Position numbers and translations under genes: made by a program. Of a DNA stretch of 34,294 nucleotides, positions 1 to 9,393 are shown in pieces. The notes beneath the pieces are model-generated. The model ran no database searches and was not told where the DNA came from. It saw only the letters and a list, made by a program, of their open reading frames with translations. The DNA lies in the NCBI GenBank assembly GCA_051439425.1, contig JBFRWD010000149.1:1-34294 (forward strand). Direction: 5' to 3'. The first letter of the stretch is position 1. Each line of letters begins with the position of its first letter. The stretch is from Synechococcus sp. (GTDB lineage: Bacteria; Cyanobacteriota; Cyanobacteriia; Thermostichales; PCC-7336).

Positions 1-135
1 GGTCTTTGGTTGCTGGTAAAGGCGATCGCCTTTCTTACTTGGCACGTTCTGAGAATTACCTGGAAAGTATTTTGGGTCTTGTTTTTCGTCTTTTGCTTTC
101 AAAGTTTGTTTGGACGAGCGATCTCCAAAATCTAA
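1..135 (+). CDS. 3' end of a small hydrophobic (membrane) protein, partial
   Basis: Frame 1 is open from base 1 to TAA at 133-135 (GLWLLVKAIAFLTWHVLRITWKVFWVLFFVFCFQSLFGRAISKI*). It is strongly hydrophobic, contains a HIP1 site at 22-29 and is followed by a hairpin. Confidence 0.5.
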   Translation, partial: GLWLLVKAIAFLTWHVLRITWKVFWVLFFVFCFQSLFGRAISKI

Positions 136-146
136 ATCCTCTCGGC

Positions 147-183
147 AATGAACTTAGCCAGTTAGAAAGTGGCTAAGTTCATT
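147..183. terminator. Perfect 14-bp inverted repeat, probable terminator or RNA stem-loop
   Basis: AATGAACTTAGCCA (147-160), 9-nt loop, TGGCTAAGTTCATT (170-183), 11 nt after the upstream stop codon. There is no clear U-tract. Confidence 0.55.
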
Positions 184-551
184 CCTCAGAATCACGAATG
201 TGCCCCAGTCACAGCCAATATTGTTAAAACTGGCAAAGACTAAAATACTAATGACTCTACGCGAAGTAGTGGACATTTCAAAGACTGGCTTGGGTCTTCG
301 GCGTTTTACACTTTTATCCGTGAGATCAAGATCCTACAGTTTGTATGCGTTGGCCCTGCAACCCTGCTGCTCCTGTTGGCATACTTTGTGAACTGACCTT
401 TCCAGAACGTTAAAAAATGTAAAATTGGCGATCAATACCGAATCCTCGGCTGGTGAGCTCTGGTGAGTACTACCCAGAAATTGGAAACGAGACTGATACT
501 AACTAGAATCTACAAGGGAACCTTACTTTTCAAAGAGACCGAAGGTTTAGG

Positions 552-3104
552 ATGAGTCATTCTCGAGACAATCACCACCCTTCTCAACCCAAGCCAGTTG
601 GAATCTTCAAACTGTCTGAATATGCATCAGCTGGGGCATCTGTAGTCGGGACAATTGCTGCAGCGCTGACAAAGGAATTCCTATACGCAGCTACCCCTCT
701 TTCATTTTCACTATTTCTCAATCTGATAAGTCGGCAGCGACTTGAGAACCAATTTCGCAATAACGAACGCATTAACCTTCATTTAGAGGAGTCAGTTGCG
801 AAACTAGACAAAAGAATCAATGCCATGCAGCATGAGTGGTTGCCAGATCTGAAAACCGATCTCGCTAAAATTACTCAGAAACTAAACGATATTAATCAGT
901 CCAGAATCGATCCGGCGCTGAAGTCGAGAGAGATTGCTCAAGAACTACAGCAGCTAAAGAAACGGTTCGAACGTGAAATTGAATTGATTCGAAATTCATT
1001 ACTGGAGAGTCCTAAATTAAAAGAAGAAAGGCTGGATGCACTACTTCAGGTAGTCGATTCGCTCAAAGGTCAGATTTCCGCTATTGAAGACGACGTTCGG
1101 TCGGCTAGAGGGAGGGGAACGTTAGGGGAAACCTTTGATCGGAAGCTTGAAGAACTGAAAAAGCTTCTACAAATAGAGTTTCAGACCGAAATTGCAGATC
1201 GAATTGGTGCGAACGAAAGGGTAAGCCAAGTAGAACAGCAGTTACAGCAACTTCAAGTGTCTGTTCGAAATGACTTTGAGCGACTCAGACATGAACAGGT
1301 AGCCTTAAGGGAGAGCACTACACAACAACCATTTGATGAACTACAACATGCCCTCGAAAGTATCCGAGAAAGGCTTGAACGGATTGACTTGAGGGTAGAT
1401 AGTGAGGTAAGCGAGTTTCAAGAAAAACATAGTGTCTTCGAGGAAAATCTCGAGGGACTCAGACAGGAGTTCAAACAAGAACTTTCCAATATTAGGCTCA
1501 GAGCCGTAGAACAACTCAACGCTCTTCATCAACCGCAACTTCAAGAACTGAGAAGCTTACTTGATGAATTGCAATCGCGCTTAGATGCATACGAACCAGC
1601 AGGCTCTCAAGCACTGGGAATTCAGATTGAACCGTCAAGTCCGAATATCGAAACAATTTCCTCAGATCGTATCCTCATACCTGATGACATCTCTACATCC
1701 GTTGAAGAAGAGTGGGGAGATAGTAGCACTGGTTTCGCAGAGGCAACCGAGGATGTAGACGTTCTCGATCTCAATATAGGAATCGATTTCGGCACCCAGT
1801 TTACAAAGGCTTGTTTTCGAGACGTTGCGCAAGAACGTTCTGAAATTGTCAGTTTTGAAAAGAATGCATGCGATCTTGAGAGTGGCATGTTAACGAGCAA
1901 AGTTGGCATTCTAAATGATGGGACCTTGATTGCAGGGGTAACCGAAAAAGAATGGCAGAGTTATCAGTCAGATATTGGTCAACCGGTTGAATATATCAAG
2001 ATGCGCCTTGCATATCTTGATACACCTGATACCTTGGATGGATGGGAACTGGAGAGCATACCAGAACTAGAGGATCCAGAGGTTATAGAGAATATATGTG
2101 CTTATTTCCTCAGCCAAGTCATCTGTCGTACTCAAGAATGGATCGTTTCTAACAAAAAGGATTTGATCGTAAACCAGAAACTATATTGGACTGCAAACGT
2201 AGGAGTCCCCGTTGAATATAGAGATTCGAATGCCAAAGAAAGATTTGAGAAAGTTTTATCTCTCGCCTGGTTACTAAGTAATGAAGCCAAGACTGATCGT
2301 ATGCGGTTGGACAACCTTAAAGAGCGGATGATTTTCTTAAGGAAGAAATTGCAGGAAACAAAAGGAATTGACTGCCATGCAGTCCCTGAGATCGCGGCAG
2401 AAGTCTGGTCTTTCATTAACTCACGCCAAGTGGACGATGGTTTCTATATCCTCTTTGATATTGGTGATGGCACCCTCGACGGAAATGCATTTTATTATTG
2501 GCGAGACGAAGGTGAGCCCAGGGTAGATTTCTATAAGGCTATCGTAAAACCGTTAGGAGTTGCAGCGTTTATCCAACAACTCCAAGATGAACTCAAGCAT
2601 TCAGAGAATGCATATCGTCATTTACTATTTGGAGACTCTAATAGGATACCAATAAGAGTGAGCTCTAGCCAGTCATTCAAACGGATTCAGCAACTTGTGG
2701 CTCAAGTGGTTTTCAGAGGTGTCAAGGAATATAGAAGACATCATAAATGGGAAAGTGAGAGAGATTTAAAAGACCGCTTAAAGTTTTTCTTAGGAGGCGG
2801 GGGAAGTATAAGTAACTTATATATAGATGCAGTTAAGTCCACCCATAAAGATTTCAACCATCAGAGTTCAAATATCCCTGTATATCAACAGGTTTCAATA
2901 CCGTTTCCAGACGATTTGGAAGTCAATGGCTTGAGTCGAGATAAGTTCTATCGCTTTGCAGTTGCCTATGGGTTATCTATACCCCAAGGGGAAAGTGCTG
3001 AAGTTAGACTGCCTAGTGAAATGGAAAGTATTGAATACAACCGTACAGTTCTGAACTCCACCTATAATGTCGAGAATTACGATGATTCAAGAGGGAGTTG
3101 GTAA
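552..3104 (+). CDS. Membrane-anchored coiled-coil protein with a C-terminal actin/Hsp70 (ASKHA)-fold ATPase domain
   Basis: 850-aa ORF. N-terminal hydrophobic segment (ASAGASVVGTIAAAL...YAATPLSFSLFLNLI), about 290 aa of E/Q/L/K-rich heptad sequence, an acidic linker, then actin-fold motifs: phosphate-1 IGIDFGTQFTK (~aa 410), connect-1 VPEIAA, phosphate-2 LFDIGDGTLD (~aa 636), adenosine FLGGGGS (~aa 748) and connect-2 FAVAYGL. Confidence 0.8.
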   Translation: MSHSRDNHHPSQPKPVGIFKLSEYASAGASVVGTIAAALTKEFLYAATPLSFSLFLNLISRQRLENQFRNNERINLHLEESVAKLDKRINAMQHEWLPDLKTDLAKITQKLNDINQSRIDPALKSREIAQELQQLKKRFEREIELIRNSLLESPKLKEERLDALLQVVDSLKGQISAIEDDVRSARGRGTLGETFDRKLEELKKLLQIEFQTEIADRIGANERVSQVEQQLQQLQVSVRNDFERLRHEQVALRESTTQQPFDELQHALESIRERLERIDLRVDSEVSEFQEKHSVFEENLEGLRQEFKQELSNIRLRAVEQLNALHQPQLQELRSLLDELQSRLDAYEPAGSQALGIQIEPSSPNIETISSDRILIPDDISTSVEEEWGDSSTGFAEATEDVDVLDLNIGIDFGTQFTKACFRDVAQERSEIVSFEKNACDLESGMLTSKVGILNDGTLIAGVTEKEWQSYQSDIGQPVEYIKMRLAYLDTPDTLDGWELESIPELEDPEVIENICAYFLSQVICRTQEWIVSNKKDLIVNQKLYWTANVGVPVEYRDSNAKERFEKVLSLAWLLSNEAKTDRMRLDNLKERMIFLRKKLQETKGIDCHAVPEIAAEVWSFINSRQVDDGFYILFDIGDGTLDGNAFYYWRDEGEPRVDFYKAIVKPLGVAAFIQQLQDELKHSENAYRHLLFGDSNRIPIRVSSSQSFKRIQQLVAQVVFRGVKEYRRHHKWESERDLKDRLKFFLGGGGSISNLYIDAVKSTHKDFNHQSSNIPVYQQVSIPFPDDLEVNGLSRDKFYRFAVAYGLSIPQGESAEVRLPSEMESIEYNRTVLNSTYNVENYDDSRGSW

Positions 3105-3175
3105 TAGTAGGCATGAAATATTATTACTTCTAGCTAGAATCTAGAAGATGTTTAAAATATTAAATTCTTTGTAGC

Positions 3176-6100
3176 ATGAATGTAGGGGAAATGACTTCAA
3201 TGACATGGGACCCTAGTACCGTAAGTTTAGAAGTTCGTTTACGAGCCAATCCAGGGAAACGTGGACTGACTACAGGAAAGACGCGAACATCTGGAACTCG
3301 TTTACTCGTTCAGGTTCAATTTGGCCCTAACGAGAAATCCTATAAACCTTATCACTTACTTGAGCTATGCGGAGACCTAGAAGGAATACCTGCATTATTT
3401 GAAAACAATCGATTTTCCCCTCCAGATGAACTCAGAAGAATGCTTACTTTTGAGAAAGTTAAAGGATATCTGACAAATATCTATTACAGCATGGAATCGA
3501 GTAAAACAAACTTCTATGCCCATCAATTTAAGCCAGTTCTTAAGTTCTTAGAATCTCCAACTGGTCGTTTGCTGATTGCTGATGAAGTTGGTTTGGGTAA
3601 AACGATCGAGTCAATGTATGTTTGGAAAGAGTTGGTATCTAGGGAAGATGCGAGACGCCTTCTGATTGTATGCCCTGCTATCTTGAGAGAGAAGTGGCAG
3701 GATGATTTGAGAAATTATTTTAATATAAAAGCCGACCTTATCAATTCTCATCAGCTGCTGGAAAAGACCAAAGATGTATTGGAACTAGACAAACAACTAC
3801 CTTTTGCTTGCATTGTTAGCATGGAAGGTTTACGACCAAGTAAAAACTGGGACGACACCAGTGTCAATACATCAACAGCCCAACTCGCTCGTATACTTGA
3901 TAGTAACTCAGCCACTGATGATTTTGGTCTATTCGATCTAGCTATTATTGATGAAGCTCACTATATGAGGAATCCTTCAACTGCAACCCATCAGTTGGGA
4001 AAGTTGATTCGGGATTCTGCAAAACACCTTATCTTACTAACCGCTACTCCTATTCAAGTTCATAGTAGAAACCTCTACCAGTTACTAAGAATTGTCAGTC
4101 CAGAGGATTTCTTTAATGAATCAGTTTTTGACGATATGCTAGAAGCCAATAGGCCTCTAGTCGGAGCACTTCGGCATATTTGGAGTACCCCTCCAAATTT
4201 AGATCTAGCACAAAAACTGATGGCTCAAGCACTGAACTCTAAGTACTTTTCAGACAATCCCATTCTAAAAAATATATATCGTAAAATATCAAACGTAGAA
4301 ACAATTGATACTGATGAACTTGTCAGGATTGGATATAAGCTCGAGAGTTCTTCTTTAATCGGTCAGTATATCTCCCGCAGTCGGAAACGAGATGTTATCG
4401 CTAATCGAGTGGAGCGTTCTTCCCAAACCCTTAAAGTACAGTTCACTGCATTAGAGCAAGCAATCTACGGTCGCGTTACAGATGCGATGCGACAAAGGGC
4501 TAAAGGCCAAAAAGGTACATCCTTGTTTAGCCTCATCACTCGACAGCGGCAAATGGCTAGCTGTATGCCTGCCGCCCTTACTTCCTGGTCACAGCAGGGA
4601 ATTTTAGAGGATCTGGCCCACCAGGAGAGCATTCAGATGTGGGAAGACTTAGGGATTGCATCTAAACTCTCGGAGAACAATGCCTCTAAGCAGTCAGCAT
4701 TGAAGGATTGGACTTTTAAACTTGATTCAAAATCTATCTCTGAATTAAAACAGAACGACTCAAAATATAGAGAGCTTATTGCTTTTATTAGTAAAGAGCT
4801 AAGGAGAAACTCGTCCGAGAAGTTTGTATTATTCTCCTACTTTAAAGCAACACTCACTTATCTTCAGGAACGTCTTGCAACGGATGGCATTCTTTCTCAC
4901 GTGATTATGGGGGGAATGGGGGAAGACAAATGGGAAACTATTCATGCATTCCGGGAGGACGACACTCCAATCCTCCTGTCATCTGAAGTTGGTAGCGAAG
5001 GCATCGATCTTCAGTTTTGCCGCTTTTTGATTAATTACGACTTACCCTGGAATCCCATGCGCGTGGAGCAAAGAATTGGTAGGCTCGATCGCCTTGGCCA
5101 ACAGGCGGAACGGATCTCAATCGTTAATTTCAGCCAGGCAGATACGATCGAAGAGAGAATTTTGGAGCGCTTGTACGATAGGATTGACATTTTTAGGGAA
5201 AGTATTGGCGATCTAGAGATGATCTTGGGTGAAATGACTCAGAAACTGCTTGTCCCTTTGCTGGACCCAAATCTTACAGACATTGAAAGAGAAAAGAAGG
5301 CAGATGAAGCAACTACTGTTCTGTTAAAACAAAGAGAGGCACAAGAAAAGCTCGAGCGAGAGGCAGTTAATATGGTTGCATTTTCCGACCATATCCTAAC
5401 GGAGATATTGAAAAGCCGTGAACAAGGTAGGTGGCTACACCCGCAAGAAATGTATTATTTTATCGATGATTTCTTCGCCCGATACTATCCAGGTACAACG
5501 ATTGAACCCATAGATGCATCCAACTACTTGTTTACGCTCTCTCTATCTGAAGATGCAAAGGTTGACTTGGAAGATTACAGACAACAGAACTCTATTCGCA
5601 CTCCAACACTTCTGACTAAGTTTCCGGTAAGCTGCGGTTTCGATCCTAAAGCTTTTGAAACGCTACAAAAGCTTAGTAAGGTTGGTGAATTAATCGAACC
5701 AAGTCATCCTTTAGTGCAATGGATCGGTAATACATATACTGATAGTTCTAAGACATTTCATCCTGCAATTTCATCTCGCCTTGACTCCGCTCAAGCTGGT
5801 GTCTCTCCGGGACTTTACGTTTATACTATTCATCGTTGGGAATTTACTGGACTTAAATCGGAACGAAGGTTGGCTTACAAGGCTATTCAATGTAATTCCG
5901 GTGAAATGTTACCTGATAATATCTCCGAATCTTTTGTCAATGTAGTTTCGCTTCAGGGGCAAGACAGACCGAATGCTGCAAATCTTATTGAAGACATGGA
6001 TTCAGTACTATCTTTTTACGCTGATTGTGACGATTATCTTGAGGAATCCTTCGATCAATATTCTGAAGACTTTGAAACTGAAAATACCAATCGTTGTAAT

Positions 6101-6328
6101 GTTCAGCAACGCAGCGCAGAAGATTATGCTAATCGGAAGATAAAAGAGCTTGAAGAGCGTATTGAAAAGTATCGATCGCTGAACAATCAACGCATGATAC
6201 CCGCAACTCAAGGCTTATTAAATAAAATCAATAGAGAGTTAGAACTTAAAATTAGAAATATCAATCGCAGAAGAGATATTAGTCTAGATATGGAACGCTT
6301 ATCAGCCGGGATTGTACTGGTTGAATAG
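3176..6328 (+). CDS. SNF2/RapA-like SF2 helicase/ATPase
   Basis: 1050-aa ORF with LIADEVGLGKT (motif I), DEAH (II), TATP (III), SEVGSEGIDLQ (V), YDLPWNP and EQRIGRLDRLGQ (VI), and a C-terminal coiled coil. ATG 3191, after AGGGGA, may be the real start. Confidence 0.9.
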   Translation: MNVGEMTSMTWDPSTVSLEVRLRANPGKRGLTTGKTRTSGTRLLVQVQFGPNEKSYKPYHLLELCGDLEGIPALFENNRFSPPDELRRMLTFEKVKGYLTNIYYSMESSKTNFYAHQFKPVLKFLESPTGRLLIADEVGLGKTIESMYVWKELVSREDARRLLIVCPAILREKWQDDLRNYFNIKADLINSHQLLEKTKDVLELDKQLPFACIVSMEGLRPSKNWDDTSVNTSTAQLARILDSNSATDDFGLFDLAIIDEAHYMRNPSTATHQLGKLIRDSAKHLILLTATPIQVHSRNLYQLLRIVSPEDFFNESVFDDMLEANRPLVGALRHIWSTPPNLDLAQKLMAQALNSKYFSDNPILKNIYRKISNVETIDTDELVRIGYKLESSSLIGQYISRSRKRDVIANRVERSSQTLKVQFTALEQAIYGRVTDAMRQRAKGQKGTSLFSLITRQRQMASCMPAALTSWSQQGILEDLAHQESIQMWEDLGIASKLSENNASKQSALKDWTFKLDSKSISELKQNDSKYRELIAFISKELRRNSSEKFVLFSYFKATLTYLQERLATDGILSHVIMGGMGEDKWETIHAFREDDTPILLSSEVGSEGIDLQFCRFLINYDLPWNPMRVEQRIGRLDRLGQQAERISIVNFSQADTIEERILERLYDRIDIFRESIGDLEMILGEMTQKLLVPLLDPNLTDIEREKKADEATTVLLKQREAQEKLEREAVNMVAFSDHILTEILKSREQGRWLHPQEMYYFIDDFFARYYPGTTIEPIDASNYLFTLSLSEDAKVDLEDYRQQNSIRTPTLLTKFPVSCGFDPKAFETLQKLSKVGELIEPSHPLVQWIGNTYTDSSKTFHPAISSRLDSAQAGVSPGLYVYTIHRWEFTGLKSERRLAYKAIQCNSGEMLPDNISESFVNVVSLQGQDRPNAANLIEDMDSVLSFYADCDDYLEESFDQYSEDFETENTNRCNVQQRSAEDYANRKIKELEERIEKYRSLNNQRMIPATQGLLNKINRELELKIRNINRRRDISLDMERLSAGIVLVE

Positions 6329-6378
6329 CACTTCCCATCCTAAAGATATAGGTTTATTTGTTGGTTTTTACTTTTGAT

Positions 6379-6406
6379 TTGACACGAGTCTTTAGGACGC
6401 TAGACT
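6379..6406 (+). promoter_or_regulatory. Putative sigma70-type promoter for the SNF2-MTase operon
   Basis: TTGACA (6379-6384), a 16-bp spacer and TAGACT (6401-6406), with an AT-rich tract upstream, about 40 bp before ATG 6446. Confidence 0.45.
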
Positions 6407-6445
6407 TCACAGGATATAACAGGAATAGCTGGTTGCATCATCACC

Positions 6446-9310
6446 ATGTCGTCTTCAATTGCTCCTGGAGCCCGAATACTGTGTCGCGATGCAGAATGGT
6501 TTGTCAAGTCCACCTCGTACTCTTCTGATGGAAGTCGAGTGATTGAAGCTGTAGGAGTCTCAGAATTTATTCAGGGGCGACCGGCGCGATTTCTTGAAGA
6601 TCTCGAAGAGGACTTAGAGGTTCTCAGACCAGAGGAAACGAAGCTGATTTCCGATTCCTCCTCCGGGTACATTCATACTCTTTTGTTTTTGGATGCGCAC
6701 CTGCGACAAACTGCGCCGGATGACGAATCGATTTATTTAGGGCATCGGGCGGCGATGGATGCTTTGCCCTATCAGTTGGTGCCCGTATACAAGGCTCTGC
6801 AGATGCCGCGCCAACGCATCTTGATTGCGGATGCAGTCGGCTTGGGTAAAACGTTAGAGGCAGGAATCACGATCGCCGAACTGATCCGCAGGGGGCGGGG
6901 GCGGCGCATTCTGGTGGTGACCTCAAAAGCGATGATGGTCCAGTTTCAGAAGGAGTTTTGGAGTCGGTTCACGATTCCGCTCGTCAAGCTGGATTCAAGC
7001 GGTATTCAACGGATTCGGGCGAAGGTACCTGGGAATCATAATCCGTTTCACTACTACGATCGCGCTATCGTTTCGGTCGATACTCTCAAGCAGGATCGGG
7101 AATATCGCAGCTATTTGGAGCAAGCTTACTGGGACATCATCGTCATTGATGAAGCTCAGAATGTTGCTCGTCGCGGGAAGGGGCAGAGTGCTTCTCAACG
7201 GGCCAAGCTCGCTTCCCGTCTCGCAACTCGCTCCGATACGTTGATCATGTTGTCGGCTACACCACACGACGGCCGGCCGGAAAGCTTTGCCAGCCTGATG
7301 AATATGCTGGACCCGGCAGCGATCGCCAACGAGTCCGATTACAGCAAGGAGGACATTCGCGATCTTTACGTGCGCCGGTTCAAAAAGGATGTCTTGAAAG
7401 ACCTGCGCAAACACGTTCCCGAGCGTGAAGTCCAAGCCATTGAGGAATCCGCTTCTCCAGCGGAAGAACGAGTGTTCGAAACGCTGAACGAGCTTCAATT
7501 CAAAAGTATCGACAGTCGGCGCAAAAGCGGTCAACTGTTCAAGACCACGTTGCTCAAGGCGATGCTATCCAGCCCGGCTGCCTGTCTGGAGACGGTGACC
7601 AATCGCATCAAAACGCTGTCCAACAAAGAGAGCTTGGGAGCGGAGGATCGTCACGATATTGGCGAGCTGGAACGGCTGAAGGCCGATCTCGAGCTTATTA
7701 GTGAAGAGGATTTTTCCAAATATCGTCGCTTGCTCGCGCTAATCAGGGATGACTTTGGTTGGAAGGGACGAGATCGCACGGATCGGATTGTTATTTTTAC
7801 CGGTCGCAGGAAGACGCTGGCATTTCTCAAGGAGCATCTGGCGATAGACCTGAAGCTCAAGCCCGAAGCTATACAGGAACTCTACGGCACGATGCCGGAT
7901 GTGGATCAGAATCGCATTGTCGAGGAGTTCGGGCAGGAGAAAGCCAAGGTTCGCATTTTGATTGCGACGGAGGTGGCGTCTGAAGGATTGAACTTACACT
8001 ATCTCAGCCACAAGCTGATTCACTTCGATATTCCCTGGTCTTTGATGACGTTGCAGCAACGGAACGGTCGCATCGATCGCTACGGTCAGGAGCGCCAGCC
8101 GCTGATTCGCTATATGCTGACTCGCTCTCGGTTGGAGCGGATGGATGAGGTGGAGCGCATTATCAAGGTGCTACTGGATAAGGACGATCAGGCAATCAAG
8201 AATATCGGCGATCCGTCGGTGTTTATGGGGGTGTTCGATGCGGAGGCGGAAGAGGAGATAACGGCTGAGGCGATCGCTTCGGGGAAGAGTGCTGGGGAGT
8301 TCGAGCAGGAGTTGGATGAGAACGCCAGTTCCGGGGGAGAGTTCGATATTTTCAGTTGGTTTGAAGATGCGGATGACGAGTCGGAGGAACTGGAATTTGA
8401 CGAGCCGGTTAAGGGGGACATGCCGTCGATTTTTCCTTCGACGTTCAAGTTTGCTACTACTGCACTGTTGAGTTTGGAGCCTCCCCCTCAAAACTTGAAT
8501 ATCCGCGAAGAAGAGGGGCTGGTGGAGTTGAAGCTACCGGTGGAGATGGAACGGCGTTACAAGCGGCTTCCAAACGAAATTAAGCCCAAGCCGACCGAAC
8601 TATTGCAGTTGACCGATCGCCCCAGTCGGGTGATGCAGGCGATGGAGGCGGCACGGAGAGAGGAGAAGGCTTGGCCTGCGGAGCAGTATTTGTGGGAATT
8701 GCATCCGCTGACGGAATGGCTGACCGATCGCTGCTTATTTCGGTTCGGACGCCATCAAGCACCGACGATCGAGCTGGTGTCGGGGCTGGAGGAGGGAGAG
8801 GCAAGTTTCATTGTGTTTGGGAGTTTTCCCAATCGGCGGGGACGACCAGTGATTAATCGCTGGGTGACGGTGGTGTTTGAAGATGGAAAGTTTGCGAGGG
8901 TGGAACCTCTGAAGGAGACCCTGGAACGGACTCAGTTGGGTCGAATGGATATTCCCAATCCTGGGGAGCTGAATGTTGACGTGCTGCTGCCGTTGAGAGC
9001 TGCTGCTATTCGAGAAGCTCACCACTACCTGTTGGCCGAAAGAACTGCGTTCGAGCAGGTGTTACAACCGAAGTTTGAGGAACAGCAACAACGGCTGGAT
9101 CGATTGAAAGGGAGGCATGTCGAACAGTTGGAGTTGAGGTTTCAAGCTGACAAGCGAACTGGTGCTCTGAAGCAGCAGAAGCGGCAGAGAGATCTCAATC
9201 AGATTGAGAAAATTTTCAAGGATTACCGGGATTGGGTGGACCTTTCGATGACGACCGAAACGGAACCCTACATCAAGTTGGTTGCCGTTTTGCGGCATTC
9301 GAACAGTTAA
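6446..9310 (+). CDS. SNF2-family helicase, DrmD-like (DISARM-related)
   Basis: 954 aa with LIADAVGLGKT, DEAQN, SATPHDG, TEVASEGLNLH, FDIPWS and QRNGRIDRYGQ. The N-terminal PGARILCRDAEW is typical of RM-associated SNF2 proteins. It lies directly upstream of the large MTase. Confidence 0.9.
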   Translation: MSSSIAPGARILCRDAEWFVKSTSYSSDGSRVIEAVGVSEFIQGRPARFLEDLEEDLEVLRPEETKLISDSSSGYIHTLLFLDAHLRQTAPDDESIYLGHRAAMDALPYQLVPVYKALQMPRQRILIADAVGLGKTLEAGITIAELIRRGRGRRILVVTSKAMMVQFQKEFWSRFTIPLVKLDSSGIQRIRAKVPGNHNPFHYYDRAIVSVDTLKQDREYRSYLEQAYWDIIVIDEAQNVARRGKGQSASQRAKLASRLATRSDTLIMLSATPHDGRPESFASLMNMLDPAAIANESDYSKEDIRDLYVRRFKKDVLKDLRKHVPEREVQAIEESASPAEERVFETLNELQFKSIDSRRKSGQLFKTTLLKAMLSSPAACLETVTNRIKTLSNKESLGAEDRHDIGELERLKADLELISEEDFSKYRRLLALIRDDFGWKGRDRTDRIVIFTGRRKTLAFLKEHLAIDLKLKPEAIQELYGTMPDVDQNRIVEEFGQEKAKVRILIATEVASEGLNLHYLSHKLIHFDIPWSLMTLQQRNGRIDRYGQERQPLIRYMLTRSRLERMDEVERIIKVLLDKDDQAIKNIGDPSVFMGVFDAEAEEEITAEAIASGKSAGEFEQELDENASSGGEFDIFSWFEDADDESEELEFDEPVKGDMPSIFPSTFKFATTALLSLEPPPQNLNIREEEGLVELKLPVEMERRYKRLPNEIKPKPTELLQLTDRPSRVMQAMEAARREEKAWPAEQYLWELHPLTEWLTDRCLFRFGRHQAPTIELVSGLEEGEASFIVFGSFPNRRGRPVINRWVTVVFEDGKFARVEPLKETLERTQLGRMDIPNPGELNVDVLLPLRAAAIREAHHYLLAERTAFEQVLQPKFEEQQQRLDRLKGRHVEQLELRFQADKRTGALKQQKRQRDLNQIEKIFKDYRDWVDLSMTTETEPYIKLVAVLRHSNS

Positions 9311-9393
9311 AGTCAACTTCTTTGTCACCAAACTGGTGGCGGTGCCTCCTCCCGAGAGGCTTCCAAGTAGACATTGCCGATTAGGTGAAGAAC

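Noticed and set aside
200..391. 63-aa GTG-start ORF upstream of the ATPase gene
   Set aside because: No RBS and no recognisable motif. It lies in a probable promoter region and is likely spurious.
450..467. CTGGTGAG direct repeat with 10-bp period upstream of ORF 552
   Set aside because: Only two 8-bp copies, which is compatible with chance and not enough to call an operator or iteron.
3127..3147. TTCTAGCTAGAA palindrome (and GCATCGCGATGC at 17620-17631)
   Set aside because: Short, single-copy and without terminator features. There is not enough support for a function.
7147..7162. DEAQ instead of DEAH in motif II of the 954-aa SNF2, as a possible inactivation
   Set aside because: DEAQ is a common functional variant in bacterial SNF2 proteins.
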